A stretch of DNA of 41,386 bases from positions 1 to 41,386 of the forward strand of contig CALYOH010000003.1 in assembly GCA_945228905.1 (NCBI GenBank), read 5' to 3'. Below are positions 21,501 to 29,654 of this stretch, piece by piece. Made by a program: the position numbers and the translations under genes. The stretch is from an uncultured Bacillales bacterium (GTDB taxonomy: Bacteria > Bacillota_I > Bacilli_A > RF39 > UBA660). Below the pieces are notes generated by a model that searched no databases, was not told the DNA's origin, and worked only from the letters and a program-made list of their open reading frames with translations. Numbering within the stretch: position 1 is the first letter of the stretch; the number at the start of each line of letters is the position of its first letter.

Positions 21501-22097
21501 TTTACAATTAATATAGTAGATAACTACTTCAATCAAGATATTGATAGAAGAGGAGAAGATAATAATCATGGATATAACTTCAAAGTACAACAAAGATCTA
21601 AATTAAAAGAAATAACTCTAAGTATAAGAAATGAACTATATACAACATCAGTTGCTCCTACAACAAGAAATATGGTTAATGGTTATGAAGATATTAAATT
21701 CCAAAATAATAAATTATATATGTATGGATATTCTTATGACTATGAAGGTATTTATAGTGATGAATTATTAGTAAATAGAAAACTAATAATAGAAAATACA
21801 TCTACTTTTAAACAAACTATCTATGATTTAGGCTCTAAGAAAGGACCATTCACAATAGAAACACAAGATAATAAAGACAAATCATATGTATGGTATGAAA
21901 AAGAAATTGATATCTCTAAACTAGAAAAAGGTAATTATAGTATCTATATTTATACTAAAACTAGTAATGCAGAGAACTATGATGAATTAGTAGATATATT
22001 TAGAAGTGTAAATGATAAAACAACTATAAATAATAAAACATATACAGTAAAATTCAATAATAATAGAAATAAACGTATAGAAATTACTGTTAAATAA
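18585..22097 (+). CDS. Secreted GH73 N-acetylglucosaminidase (LytB-like autolysin) with Ig-like repeats
   Basis: AAGGAGG RBS; signal peptide ending VYA; YYNYYMYL, AQEKYGVNALL...NETANGTS, KNNGFGLNAVDSNP, GMNVKYASDTYWSEK; two DUF5011-like repeats. Confidence 0.88.
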   Translation: MKKNLLLVIILFTLLFTCKNVYAFDSNNYKYRNLCGSFEVAEFKQDGSINTLKCFNSYVEARNYMDTNGSKELAVMTKVGDIVKVVDANAGLLDLTVNPTTLTYFYENKELTGRQYTYMDTGSLYGGVDGALLDAEYSHTYNKWVAKVRIANFTGWIPSEAYEVVPYRWIHSTSSYTVTNDSIKHNYINKVQDYYSGSRGSYIGPKPEMLEVGTYYSYDGHYFYKDVETMVRDYRKGNYNNSVNKDNPYYNYYMYLSNHTKTTYSSINIDEYIRNNMGYKKDVYGHKKSDGTSRLYGQGTFFYYAQEKYGVNALLSLSLSRNETANGTSSLSINKNNGFGLNAVDSNPTQAANWYASFSSSVLGYANKWITYGFASADDWRYFGPQFGDKWVGMNVKYASDTYWSEKMASNYYNMDKAFGLQDYNYYQLGVVKYSTNAYKSPSNQTVVYKYPEAEDAVVIVGEETYNNTKYYKVMSDYNLDGNGNRLYSGDYNWNSYVYVKANDVKKINKGKNGYVAPNDVYEYEDANYRYDLYDQNSKLNLRVALTLKNTDYYYDSTLSRRTGSTLLKDRYVVVYTVAYKNNQPVAYLVTSDYFYDQKHWISADSIKFVDIPYGTVTVDTNDNQYTWVNYNTEDAYYSKISGLYTYAHVPVLEQKQVGNDLWYKVPVSLTTNDNVYGYTLSKYSNYIKIELSKPVVENILPVINAKDIEIFVNEEIDVLKDVTATDNEDGDLTNKITVTENTVNNKVKGTYKVTYKVVDSASGTTTKTITVKVLENNAPVINASNKTIYVGEEFKELDNVTATDTEDGDLTHKIIVLENTVNNNEKGTYKVIYQVTDSKSLKTTKEIKVEVKEKIDTPVEDEIDLDELLEHQLEGEFYLENLEWNKNTKKFIISGYQIINDIDNSNAVNSLLLVDKNTEEVFVIEISKWTANIPFNLGDKYKDSWFKGEIDFKDIPNGDYDLYMMSTVDDHFTINIVDNYFNQDIDRRGEDNNHGYNFKVQQRSKLKEITLSIRNELYTTSVAPTTRNMVNGYEDIKFQNNKLYMYGYSYDYEGIYSDELLVNRKLIIENTSTFKQTIYDLGSKKGPFTIETQDNKDKSYVWYEKEIDISKLEKGNYSIYIYTKTSNAENYDELVDIFRSVNDKTTINNKTYTVKFNNNRNKRIEITVK
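20688..21140 (+). repeat. Two tandem 78-aa Ig-like (DUF5011/HYR-like) repeats
   Basis: PVINA...VTATD.EDGDLT.KI...ENTVNN..KGTYKV.Y.V.DS starting at 20688 and 20922 (234-nt period). Confidence 0.85.
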
Positions 22098-22135
22098 AGA
22101 TAAAACATTAAGTTTTATCTTTTTTATGTTATAAT
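22096..22135 (+). terminator. Intrinsic terminator directly followed by an extended -10 promoter
   Basis: AAAGATAAAAC-attaa-GTTTTATCTTT + T-tract, then TGTTATAAT (22127-22135). Confidence 0.75.
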
Positions 22136-22152
22136 TCAAATAGGAGTATACT

Positions 22153-22348
22153 ATGAAATATTTAATTAAATATACTACTCCAGAAGAAAGATAAATAATT
22201 GTAAAAAAAGCATTAGATATTTTATTAGCAGATGCCAAAGTACCATCAAAAGAAGTATTAGAATTAGTTTATGAATATATAGATGGTAAAAAAATTAGAA
22301 GAAATCCAAAAAGAGGTTATTGAAATGTACAAGAAGGGAGAAGAGTAA
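22153..22348 (+). pseudogene. Small VbhA-antitoxin-like pseudogene (nonsense codon plus frameshift)
   Basis: AGGAG RBS; MKYLIKYTTPEER*IIVKKALDILLADAKVPSKEVLELVYEYIDGKK, then after a frame change in the A7 run (22288-22294) LEEIQKEVIEMYKKGEE*. This resembles the VbhA pattern PS......Y.DG...LEE. Confidence 0.5.
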
Positions 22349-22349
22349 T

Positions 22350-23582
22350 ATGAAAGAATTGATGGAAAAATATGCAAAAGTATTATTAGAAACATGCTTA
22401 AAAGTAGAAGAAAATCAACCTTTATTTATAAGCTTTAATGTAGAAAGAATAGACTTTGCTAGAATAGTTGCAGAAAAAGCATTTGAGTTAGGAGTAAAAG
22501 ATATATTCTTTGATATGGTAGATCCATATTTAAAACATGAAGCATTATTAAACTTAGATGTATCAGAAATGAAAGATTTAACATTCTGGAATAAAGAAAT
22601 GTGGAATATATATGCAAAGAAAAATGCTGCATTTCTTATGTTAGCATCAGAAAACCCAGGATTAATGAAAGATGTTGATCCAAATAAGTTAAAAGAAATG
22701 ACTAAATACTCATATGAAACAAGAAAAGATTTTGATGATATGAGAGATAAATCGATGCTTGCATGGTGTATTGCGGCAGTACCAACTAAGTCATGGGGAC
22801 AAGAACTATTCCCAGATAGTAATTATCCAACAGAAGACTTATGGAATAAAATATTTGAAATATGTAGAATTAAAGAAGATGATCCAGTAAGTATTTGGAA
22901 TGAAAAAATAGAAAAATTAAAAGTAAGAGGTAAAAAATTAACTGACTATCAATTTGATAGAATAGTATATAAAGGAAGTAATGGAACAGACTTTACTATA
23001 AAATTACCAAAAGAACACATATGGAAGAGTGGATCAGAAATATTATCTAATGGAAAAGAAATATTAGTAAACTTCCCAACAGAAGAAGTATTTACATCTC
23101 CAGATTGTCTAAGTGCAGAAGGAAGAGTTTATTCATCCAAACCATTATCTTATAATGATGTAATTATTAATAATTTTAATATTGGTTTTAAAGAAGGAAA
23201 AGTAGTAGAATTCCATGCTCAAGAAGGAGAAGAAGTACTAAAAAATATGATTAATATATGTGAAAACTCTAATATGATTGGAGAAGTAGCATTAGTACCA
23301 TATGATTCACCTATATCTAATAGTAATATGGTATTCTTAGAAACTTTATTCGATGAGAATGCCGCATGCCATATAGCTTTAGGAGACTCATTCCCAGAAT
23401 GTGTTAATAATGGTCCAACTATGGATAAAAAAGTATTATTTGATGAATATCATCTAAATAAATGTGATTCTCATGTAGATTTCATGGTAGGAACAAAAGA
23501 CCTAAATATAACAGGAATTACTAAAGAAGGTAAAGAAGTACCAATATTTATAGATGGTAATTTCTCAGAAGAATTTATTTAA
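22350..23582 (+). CDS. pepS: Aminopeptidase, peptidase M29 (AmpS/PepS) family
   Basis: NFPTEEVFTSP, SSKPLSY, GEVALVP, TLFDENAACHIALG, HVDFMVG; GGGAG RBS supports ATG 22350. Confidence 0.93.
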   Translation: MKELMEKYAKVLLETCLKVEENQPLFISFNVERIDFARIVAEKAFELGVKDIFFDMVDPYLKHEALLNLDVSEMKDLTFWNKEMWNIYAKKNAAFLMLASENPGLMKDVDPNKLKEMTKYSYETRKDFDDMRDKSMLAWCIAAVPTKSWGQELFPDSNYPTEDLWNKIFEICRIKEDDPVSIWNEKIEKLKVRGKKLTDYQFDRIVYKGSNGTDFTIKLPKEHIWKSGSEILSNGKEILVNFPTEEVFTSPDCLSAEGRVYSSKPLSYNDVIINNFNIGFKEGKVVEFHAQEGEEVLKNMINICENSNMIGEVALVPYDSPISNSNMVFLETLFDENAACHIALGDSFPECVNNGPTMDKKVLFDEYHLNKCDSHVDFMVGTKDLNITGITKEGKEVPIFIDGNFSEEFI

Positions 23583-23585
23583 TTT

Positions 23586-23616
23586 AAAACAAAACTATAC
23601 AGTTTTGTTTTTTTTT
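23586..23616 (+). terminator. Intrinsic terminator
   Basis: AAAACAAAACT-atac-AGTTTTGTTTT + T-tract. Confidence 0.8.
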
Positions 23617-23645
23617 AATTGAGTTATGTTATAGTAGGTAATCAT

Positions 23646-24188
23646 ATGAATAATAGAAAAGGATTTACATTAGTAGAATTATTAGTGGTAATGGTAATTA
23701 TGGGTATAATTATTGGATTATCTTTCCCAGCAATTAGAAAACTACAAGAAAAGAAAATGGCTGTGCTTGTATTTCATTTTCTGAATTAAAAGATAAAAAA
23801 CTTGCTAAAGATATCACAGTAAAAGATGTATCATGCGCAACTGATAATATTACTAAGAAAGAAAATATTGAATTCTGTTTATCAGCAGAAAAAATAAGAA
23901 TAATAATTTATGTTCCATAAGAAGGGTGGATAAACAAGTGATTCTACATCAAATGATCACTTATGTAGCCCAAAGTTATTAGATAAGAATTCTAATAGAT
24001 TAAAATATTATGAAAAAATTACAAAGGATATGACTCCACCTGCAATAACACCATATCAAAATAAAGAAATATCATATTCAATATACTTTGATGATGGAAA
24101 ATGCTCTCACTTTAAGAAAGATGAATCTGGTTGTGATGGTACAGTTAATGGAGTATCATGTTAAAGCAATTGTGAACAAAGATGTTAA
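23646..24188 (+). pseudogene. Degraded type IV pilin / pseudopilin gene
   Basis: MNNRKG|FTLVELLVVMVIMGIIIGLSFP is a class III signal peptide; this frame stops at 23789. Pilin-like Cys-rich fragments continue in other frames (ENGCACISFSELKDKKLAKDI..., KDMTPP...SC*SNCEQRC*). Confidence 0.8.
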
Positions 24189-24196
24189 TAAGAAAG

Positions 24197-24224
24197 AAAA
24201 AAGAACCAAATGGTTCTTTTTTTT
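24197..24224. terminator. Bidirectional intrinsic terminator
   Basis: AAAAAAGAACCA-aa-TGGTTCTTTTTT between convergent genes. Confidence 0.8.
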
Positions 24225-26223
24225 AACTAGCAAGTATATAACTTACTGTACTACATGAATTAGTTTCTCCAATAAATGTTTGAATAACATCCATAGGATC
24301 ATATCCATCTTTTTTAACACAACTTACATTTACTGTAAGTCCAGGACATCTACTTTTTAAATAGCTAATTAATGAACTCTTAGCTTCTTCACAATTATTC
24401 TTTCCATCAATTGCATTAGATACATAAGATCTTAATATTGTACAAGGAGTACATACAGGTTCTGGAGCTGGATTAGTTGGTGGGTTAGGACTTGGAGTAG
24501 GATTAGTATTATTGTTTCCACCTCCATTATTATTACTTCCACTGTTATTATTAGAACTCTTACCACTACTTAAAGTAACAGATATAGTAGTACCAGTAGA
24601 AACCTCACTACCAGAAGAAATAGATTGACTAATTACAGTGTTTTTAGAAGAATTACTAGATTGATATCTAAAACTATAATTTAATCCAACTTTCTTAAGT
24701 TTATTGATAGCTTCATTCTTAGACAATCCTTTTAAGTTAGGTACACTAACTTTTTCTCCATCGCTTATAGTAACAATTATAGTATCACCATTCTTTATAG
24801 TATCACCAGTCTTATAAGAATAACTAATTACTTCTCCAACTTTAACTTTACTATTAAATTCGCGTTTCTCTTCATATTTAATTTCAAATTTATCTGCCCA
24901 ATTCTTAAAATCATCATAACTATTAAATTTAGGCATTGTAAGTTTTCCTCTTGATAAAGTAACTTTAATAGTAGATCTTTGTTCAATAACATCACCAGTA
25001 TTTTTATCTATACTAATAATTTCTCCTTCTTTAACACTATCATCATACTTATCAATAAATTCTAACTTAACTCTATTTTTAACAGCCCATTCAGTTAATT
25101 CAGTAATAGACATTTTAGAAGTATCAGGTACCTTTATTTCAGGTCCCTTACTTAAAGTAACATTAATTCTATCTCCATCAACATGAACAGTTTCTCCTGC
25201 TTCAATACTTTGTTTAATAGCATGATTTCTTTTAATCTTATTAGAGAAATCATCATCAAACTCATAATTTAAATGATTTTGTTTCATATAGAATTCTATT
25301 CTAAACTTACTCATATTAGTAAAATCAATTAATTTAACTTCTTCAAATCCCAACTCTTCTCCATAAGAGAAAGTTATTTTTAATTCATCATCTCTTCTTA
25401 AATTACCACTCTTAGATTGCTCTATAACAGTATCTTTTACTTTATCAGAAGAAACAAATTCTACTATTACATTACTTAAATAATTTTCTTCTACAAAATT
25501 AATAACTCTATCAGCATCCCAAGTTAACATACTTGGAACAACTATTTCTTTATAAGGGTTAGGTCCTTCACTAATAGATATTTTTAAATCACTGATATCT
25601 TTTAATTTAGTTCCATATGGAATATCTTGACTTATAACTTTATATTCCTCAATCATATCACTATATTCATAATCTTGATTTAAAGTAATATTATTTTTAC
25701 TAGCCCATTTAACAACATAAGTTAAATCTTTACCAGTAAAATCTTCAACTCCAAGAATTGGTTTAACTGTATTATTATTACTCATAAATATATTTATTAC
25801 TAAATAAACTAATAATAGTAAACCACTAATTAATATAGTAACCTTACTCTTTCTATGATAAGTAATACCTATTACAGAATATATAATTACAAATAGAGTA
25901 AATATTAAACTGCTTATAATAGAAATAATAGATGCATTCTTATCAATAATACTAAATACAAAGAATACTAATGATACTAATAATACAATACATAGTATTA
26001 AATTAGTAAATATATGTCTTTTCTTCTTAATAGTCTTAGTCTTTTTAATACCTAAATCTTCTTCAATAAGATCATCTAAATCATCTTTTTCAATTATAGA
26101 TAAAGAAGTAGTATTATTATCATCTGTTATTTTATTTTTTTCTTCTACTATTTCAGTATTCTTCTTAACAGTTGTATTTTTATTCTTAGTAGAAGTATTA
26201 TTAGACTTCTTTTTATTAGCCAT
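24223..26223 (-). CDS. Membrane protein with six PASTA repeats and no kinase or transpeptidase domain
   Basis: GGAGGG RBS supports start 26223; charged N-terminus, three TM helices, six (V/L/M)xx(F/L/M/T)...VxxQS...(I/L)S.G repeats, Asn/Gly/Pro linker, C-terminal domain with six Cys. Confidence 0.85.
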   Translation of the reverse strand: MANKKKSNNTSTKNKNTTVKKNTEIVEEKNKITDDNNTTSLSIIEKDDLDDLIEEDLGIKKTKTIKKKRHIFTNLILCIVLLVSLVFFVFSIIDKNASIISIISSLIFTLFVIIYSVIGITYHRKSKVTILISGLLLLVYLVINIFMSNNNTVKPILGVEDFTGKDLTYVVKWASKNNITLNQDYEYSDMIEEYKVISQDIPYGTKLKDISDLKISISEGPNPYKEIVVPSMLTWDADRVINFVEENYLSNVIVEFVSSDKVKDTVIEQSKSGNLRRDDELKITFSYGEELGFEEVKLIDFTNMSKFRIEFYMKQNHLNYEFDDDFSNKIKRNHAIKQSIEAGETVHVDGDRINVTLSKGPEIKVPDTSKMSITELTEWAVKNRVKLEFIDKYDDSVKEGEIISIDKNTGDVIEQRSTIKVTLSRGKLTMPKFNSYDDFKNWADKFEIKYEEKREFNSKVKVGEVISYSYKTGDTIKNGDTIIVTISDGEKVSVPNLKGLSKNEAINKLKKVGLNYSFRYQSSNSSKNTVISQSISSGSEVSTGTTISVTLSSGKSSNNNSGSNNNGGGNNNTNPTPSPNPPTNPAPEPVCTPCTILRSYVSNAIDGKNNCEEAKSSLISYLKSRCPGLTVNVSCVKKDGYDPMDVIQTFIGETNSCSTVSYILAS

Positions 26224-26246
26224 AGACATCCCTCCATACTATAATA

Positions 26247-26334
26247 ATTTTACTAAATTTAAGATTAAAAGTCTATTGTAGTAAAATATTATTTACACAT
26301 ATTGATGAAAAGTAGACAGTAAATGTGTTATAAT
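26247..26334. promoter_or_regulatory. Divergent promoters (PASTA gene and glycan operon)
   Basis: Minus strand TAGACT-17 nt-TAAAAT (26275-26247); plus strand TGTTATAAT (26326-26334). Confidence 0.55.
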
Positions 26335-26351
26335 TTTTATAGGTGAAGAAT

Positions 26352-28652
26352 ATGGAAAAATTTATGAAGAAAAATCTAAGTCAAATAATAAGTATATTTA
26401 TATTATTAAGTCCTATTATCGATGTATTAACAGGAATATGTATAAATACTTTAAATATTAATTTTACTATTGGAATATTATTTAGAGTATTATTTTTATT
26501 ATTTGTAGTATGTATATCATTATTTGTATTTAAAAAGAAACAATTATTATTACCATATTTATTATTCTTGATATATTTTATTTTCTATGCAATAGGAATA
26601 TTAATATATAAAGATAATTTTATGCTTAATATTCAAAACTTAGTAAAAACATATTATTTTCCAATAATATTCTTATCACTTTATTATATTAAAGATAATT
26701 TAAAAATAAGTAAAATGACATTATTCTCAAGTCTATTCTTATATTTAATATTTATATTTGTACCAACACTTTTTGGTATAGGATATGAAACATATGAAAT
26801 AACTAAAGAAGGTACTTTAGGATTCTTTAATTCGGCAAATGAAATAAGTGGAATAATATCTATACTTACACCAATAATGTTTATAATAATATTTAGATCA
26901 AAACAATCTATTCCTAAATTAATATTATTAGTAATGTATTTAGTAGTAATATTAATGATGGGTACTAAGACACCAATAATAGCTTTATTCTTTACTATAG
27001 GAGTAAGTATTGGTTATTTATTATTAAAATCAATAAAAGAAAAGAAATATAAAAATTTCTGGATATCAATATGTTCAGTAATAGTCCTATTATTTGGAAT
27101 AGCACTAATATTACCAAAAACTAATTTTTATAAGAATATAGAAACTCATTTAGATTATTTAGGTTTAAATAATGTATTTGAAGTATTTACAGATGACCAT
27201 TTAGTAGATCATTTCATATTTAGTTCAAGATTAACTTTCTTAAAAGATAAGGCTGTATTATATAAATTAGCCCCAACATATCAAAAACTATTTGGGATTG
27301 GGTATACTAATAAAGGTAGAGAAACTAAGATGATAGAAATGGATTATTTTGATATCTATTTCAGTCATGGACTTATAGGATTTATAGTATTCTTTATGAT
27401 TACACTATATATATTGTATAAGGTTTTAGAAAAAGCTAATATGAAAAAATATGAGTATTGGATGCTACATACATCATTATTATTAGTAGTAATATTATCA
27501 TTCTTCACAGGTCATATTATAACTGCTCCATCAGTAAGTTTAGTAGCAGTAATATTAATCCTTTTATTAACAAAACCAAAAAAGAAAAGATTACTATTTA
27601 CTGTTAAAAACTTAGAAGTTGGTGGAATAGAAAAAGCTCAAATTAATTTACTAAATAATATTAATTATAATAAGTATGATGTAACATTAATATTAGAAGA
27701 GAAAAAAGGAGAATTGCTTGATAAAGTAAATAAAAAAGTAAACATAAGAGAATTAAAAGTATCTAATAATGATAATGTAATAATAAGGAAATTAATAAAT
27801 GCAATTAGAAAACTAAGATTTAAAATATTAGAATATGATACATATGATTTTAGTTGCTGTTACACAACATATAGTTATAGTTGTAATAAGTTAACTAAAA
27901 TAGCATCTATTAATACAGCATTTTATGTACATAGTGATTATAAATATGTATATGATACAGAAGAAGAATATAGAGAATTCTTTGATAGTAGAAAAGTAAA
28001 TGAATATACAAGAATAATATTTGTATCAAATGAATCAAAAGACGCTTTCTTAGAATATTATCCAAATCTAAAAGATAAGACTCTAGTATTAAATAATTTC
28101 ATTGATACAGAAGAAATAATTACTAAGAGTAAAGAAAAAATAGATGCTAATCGTATAAAGAATAAAAAATTATTAGTATTTGTAGGTAGATTAGATGATT
28201 CATCTAAAAAACTAAAAAGAGCAATTAACTTAGTAAAAGAAATTAAAGATTTTGAATTATGGATAGTTGGAGATGGACCAGATAGAGGAAGATATGAAGC
28301 ATTTACTAAAGATTGTAAAGTAGAAGATAGAGTAACATTCTTTGGTAGACAATTAAATCCATATCCATATATGGCAAAAGCAGATTATATAATCTTAACT
28401 TCTGACTATGAAGGATTCCCAGTAACTTATTTAGAAGCAATAACTCTAAATAAAGATATTATAACAACAATCCCAACTAGTGATGATTATATAGATATAA
28501 AAGAATATGCTCATATAATATCTAAAGATGAAAAAGAAATGGTAAAAGAAGTTAAAAATATCATTGGTGAATATCATAAATATAAAAAGATAGATATTAA
28601 TAAAATACAAAAAGAAAGAATTAAAAAATTAGAAGAATTATTCAATGAATAG
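26352..28652 (+). CDS. Fusion of O-antigen ligase/Wzy-like membrane domain and GT4 (GT-B) glycosyltransferase
   Basis: N-terminal polytopic domain with GFFNSANEIS, GTKT, IFSSR, EMDYFDI...GLIG, GHIITAPS; C-terminal GGIEKA, VHSDY, FVGRL, IVGDG, NPYPYM, SDYEGFPVTYLEA. Confidence 0.85.
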   Translation: MEKFMKKNLSQIISIFILLSPIIDVLTGICINTLNINFTIGILFRVLFLLFVVCISLFVFKKKQLLLPYLLFLIYFIFYAIGILIYKDNFMLNIQNLVKTYYFPIIFLSLYYIKDNLKISKMTLFSSLFLYLIFIFVPTLFGIGYETYEITKEGTLGFFNSANEISGIISILTPIMFIIIFRSKQSIPKLILLVMYLVVILMMGTKTPIIALFFTIGVSIGYLLLKSIKEKKYKNFWISICSVIVLLFGIALILPKTNFYKNIETHLDYLGLNNVFEVFTDDHLVDHFIFSSRLTFLKDKAVLYKLAPTYQKLFGIGYTNKGRETKMIEMDYFDIYFSHGLIGFIVFFMITLYILYKVLEKANMKKYEYWMLHTSLLLVVILSFFTGHIITAPSVSLVAVILILLLTKPKKKRLLFTVKNLEVGGIEKAQINLLNNINYNKYDVTLILEEKKGELLDKVNKKVNIRELKVSNNDNVIIRKLINAIRKLRFKILEYDTYDFSCCYTTYSYSCNKLTKIASINTAFYVHSDYKYVYDTEEEYREFFDSRKVNEYTRIIFVSNESKDAFLEYYPNLKDKTLVLNNFIDTEEIITKSKEKIDANRIKNKKLLVFVGRLDDSSKKLKRAINLVKEIKDFELWIVGDGPDRGRYEAFTKDCKVEDRVTFFGRQLNPYPYMAKADYIILTSDYEGFPVTYLEAITLNKDIITTIPTSDDYIDIKEYAHIISKDEKEMVKEVKNIIGEYHKYKKIDINKIQKERIKKLEELFNE

Positions 28653-28662
28653 AGGAGATAAT

Positions 28663-29580
28663 ATGCCTAAGTTTAGTATAGTAATACCAGTATATAATGT
28701 AGAAAAATTTATAAAAAGAACATTAGATAGTATAGTAAAACAAACATATAATGATTATGAAATAATTATTGTTGATGATGGATCTACTGATAAAAGTATA
28801 GATATTGCTAAAAAGTATGATGTTAAAATAATTAAATCTAAACATGTAGAAGTAAGTGAAGCTAGAAATATAGGAGCTAAACATGCTAAAGGAGAATACT
28901 TAATATTTTTAGATAGTGATGACTACTGGGATAAAGACTTATTAAAAGAGGTAAGTAAATCTCTAGATAATGATCCAGATCTTGTAAGATTCCAAGTAAG
29001 AACAGTAACTGATAATGATGAAAGAACAGATTATAATGAAGAAGAGTTTGTTGGATTATCTGGAGAAGAAGCGTTTAATAGAATAGTAAAATTTCATTAT
29101 ATAGAAAGTATCTGGTGCTATGCTATAAAAAGAAGCTATTATGAAAAGGAAAAATTCCAGTTTAAAAAAGGAACTATTCACGAAGACTTTGGATTAACTC
29201 CATTAGTTGTAATAAAAGCGTCTCGTGTTAATAGTATTAAATATATTGGATATAATTACTATAGAAGAAGTGGAAGTATTATGAATACTCCAGATTATAA
29301 TTGGACTAAAAGAAAAGTTAAAGATTTCTATAATCATTATTTAAATCTTGATAAAGAAATAGAAAAAGTAGCTGTAGATAAAAAAATATTCAAGAGTTAT
29401 ATCGCAAATAGTATGATAATGAAAATATGTGAATTAAATAATCCTGAATATAAAGAATATAAAAAGAAATTAAAAGAACATAAAGTATATGATAATTTAT
29501 TAACTGATACTTTTTCTAGAAAGATAAAAAAACTAATGTATAAGATTAGTCCTAAACTAGCAGTTAAATTTATAAAATAA
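28663..29580 (+). CDS. GT2 family glycosyltransferase (soluble)
   Basis: SIVIPVYN, VDDGSTD, ARNIG, FLDSDD, HED; GAGGAG RBS. Confidence 0.93.
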   Translation: MPKFSIVIPVYNVEKFIKRTLDSIVKQTYNDYEIIIVDDGSTDKSIDIAKKYDVKIIKSKHVEVSEARNIGAKHAKGEYLIFLDSDDYWDKDLLKEVSKSLDNDPDLVRFQVRTVTDNDERTDYNEEEFVGLSGEEAFNRIVKFHYIESIWCYAIKRSYYEKEKFQFKKGTIHEDFGLTPLVVIKASRVNSIKYIGYNYYRRSGSIMNTPDYNWTKRKVKDFYNHYLNLDKEIEKVAVDKKIFKSYIANSMIMKICELNNPEYKEYKKKLKEHKVYDNLLTDTFSRKIKKLMYKISPKLAVKFIK

Positions 29581-29610
29581 TATCCATATCTATGGATATT
29601 ATTTGTTTTT
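29576..29610 (+). terminator. Hairpin / probable internal terminator
   Basis: AATAATATCCATA-tc-TATGGATATTATT followed by T-rich sequence; TATAAT at 29626-29631 may restart transcription. Confidence 0.6.
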
Positions 29611-29654
29611 ATAGTAAAAAACAGGTATAATAAATATATGTTAGGAGTGAAAAT

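Noticed and set aside
22192-22294. Programmed readthrough or phase variation of the small gene before pepS
   Set aside because: It would need both TAA readthrough and a frameshift, and A7 runs are common in this genome. Decay is simpler.
24460-24560. AAT/GGT-rich low-complexity tract (also 36225-36240) as a contingency repeat
   Set aside because: These are in-frame, imperfect triplet runs encoding Asn/Gly/Pro linkers, with no frame-switching potential.
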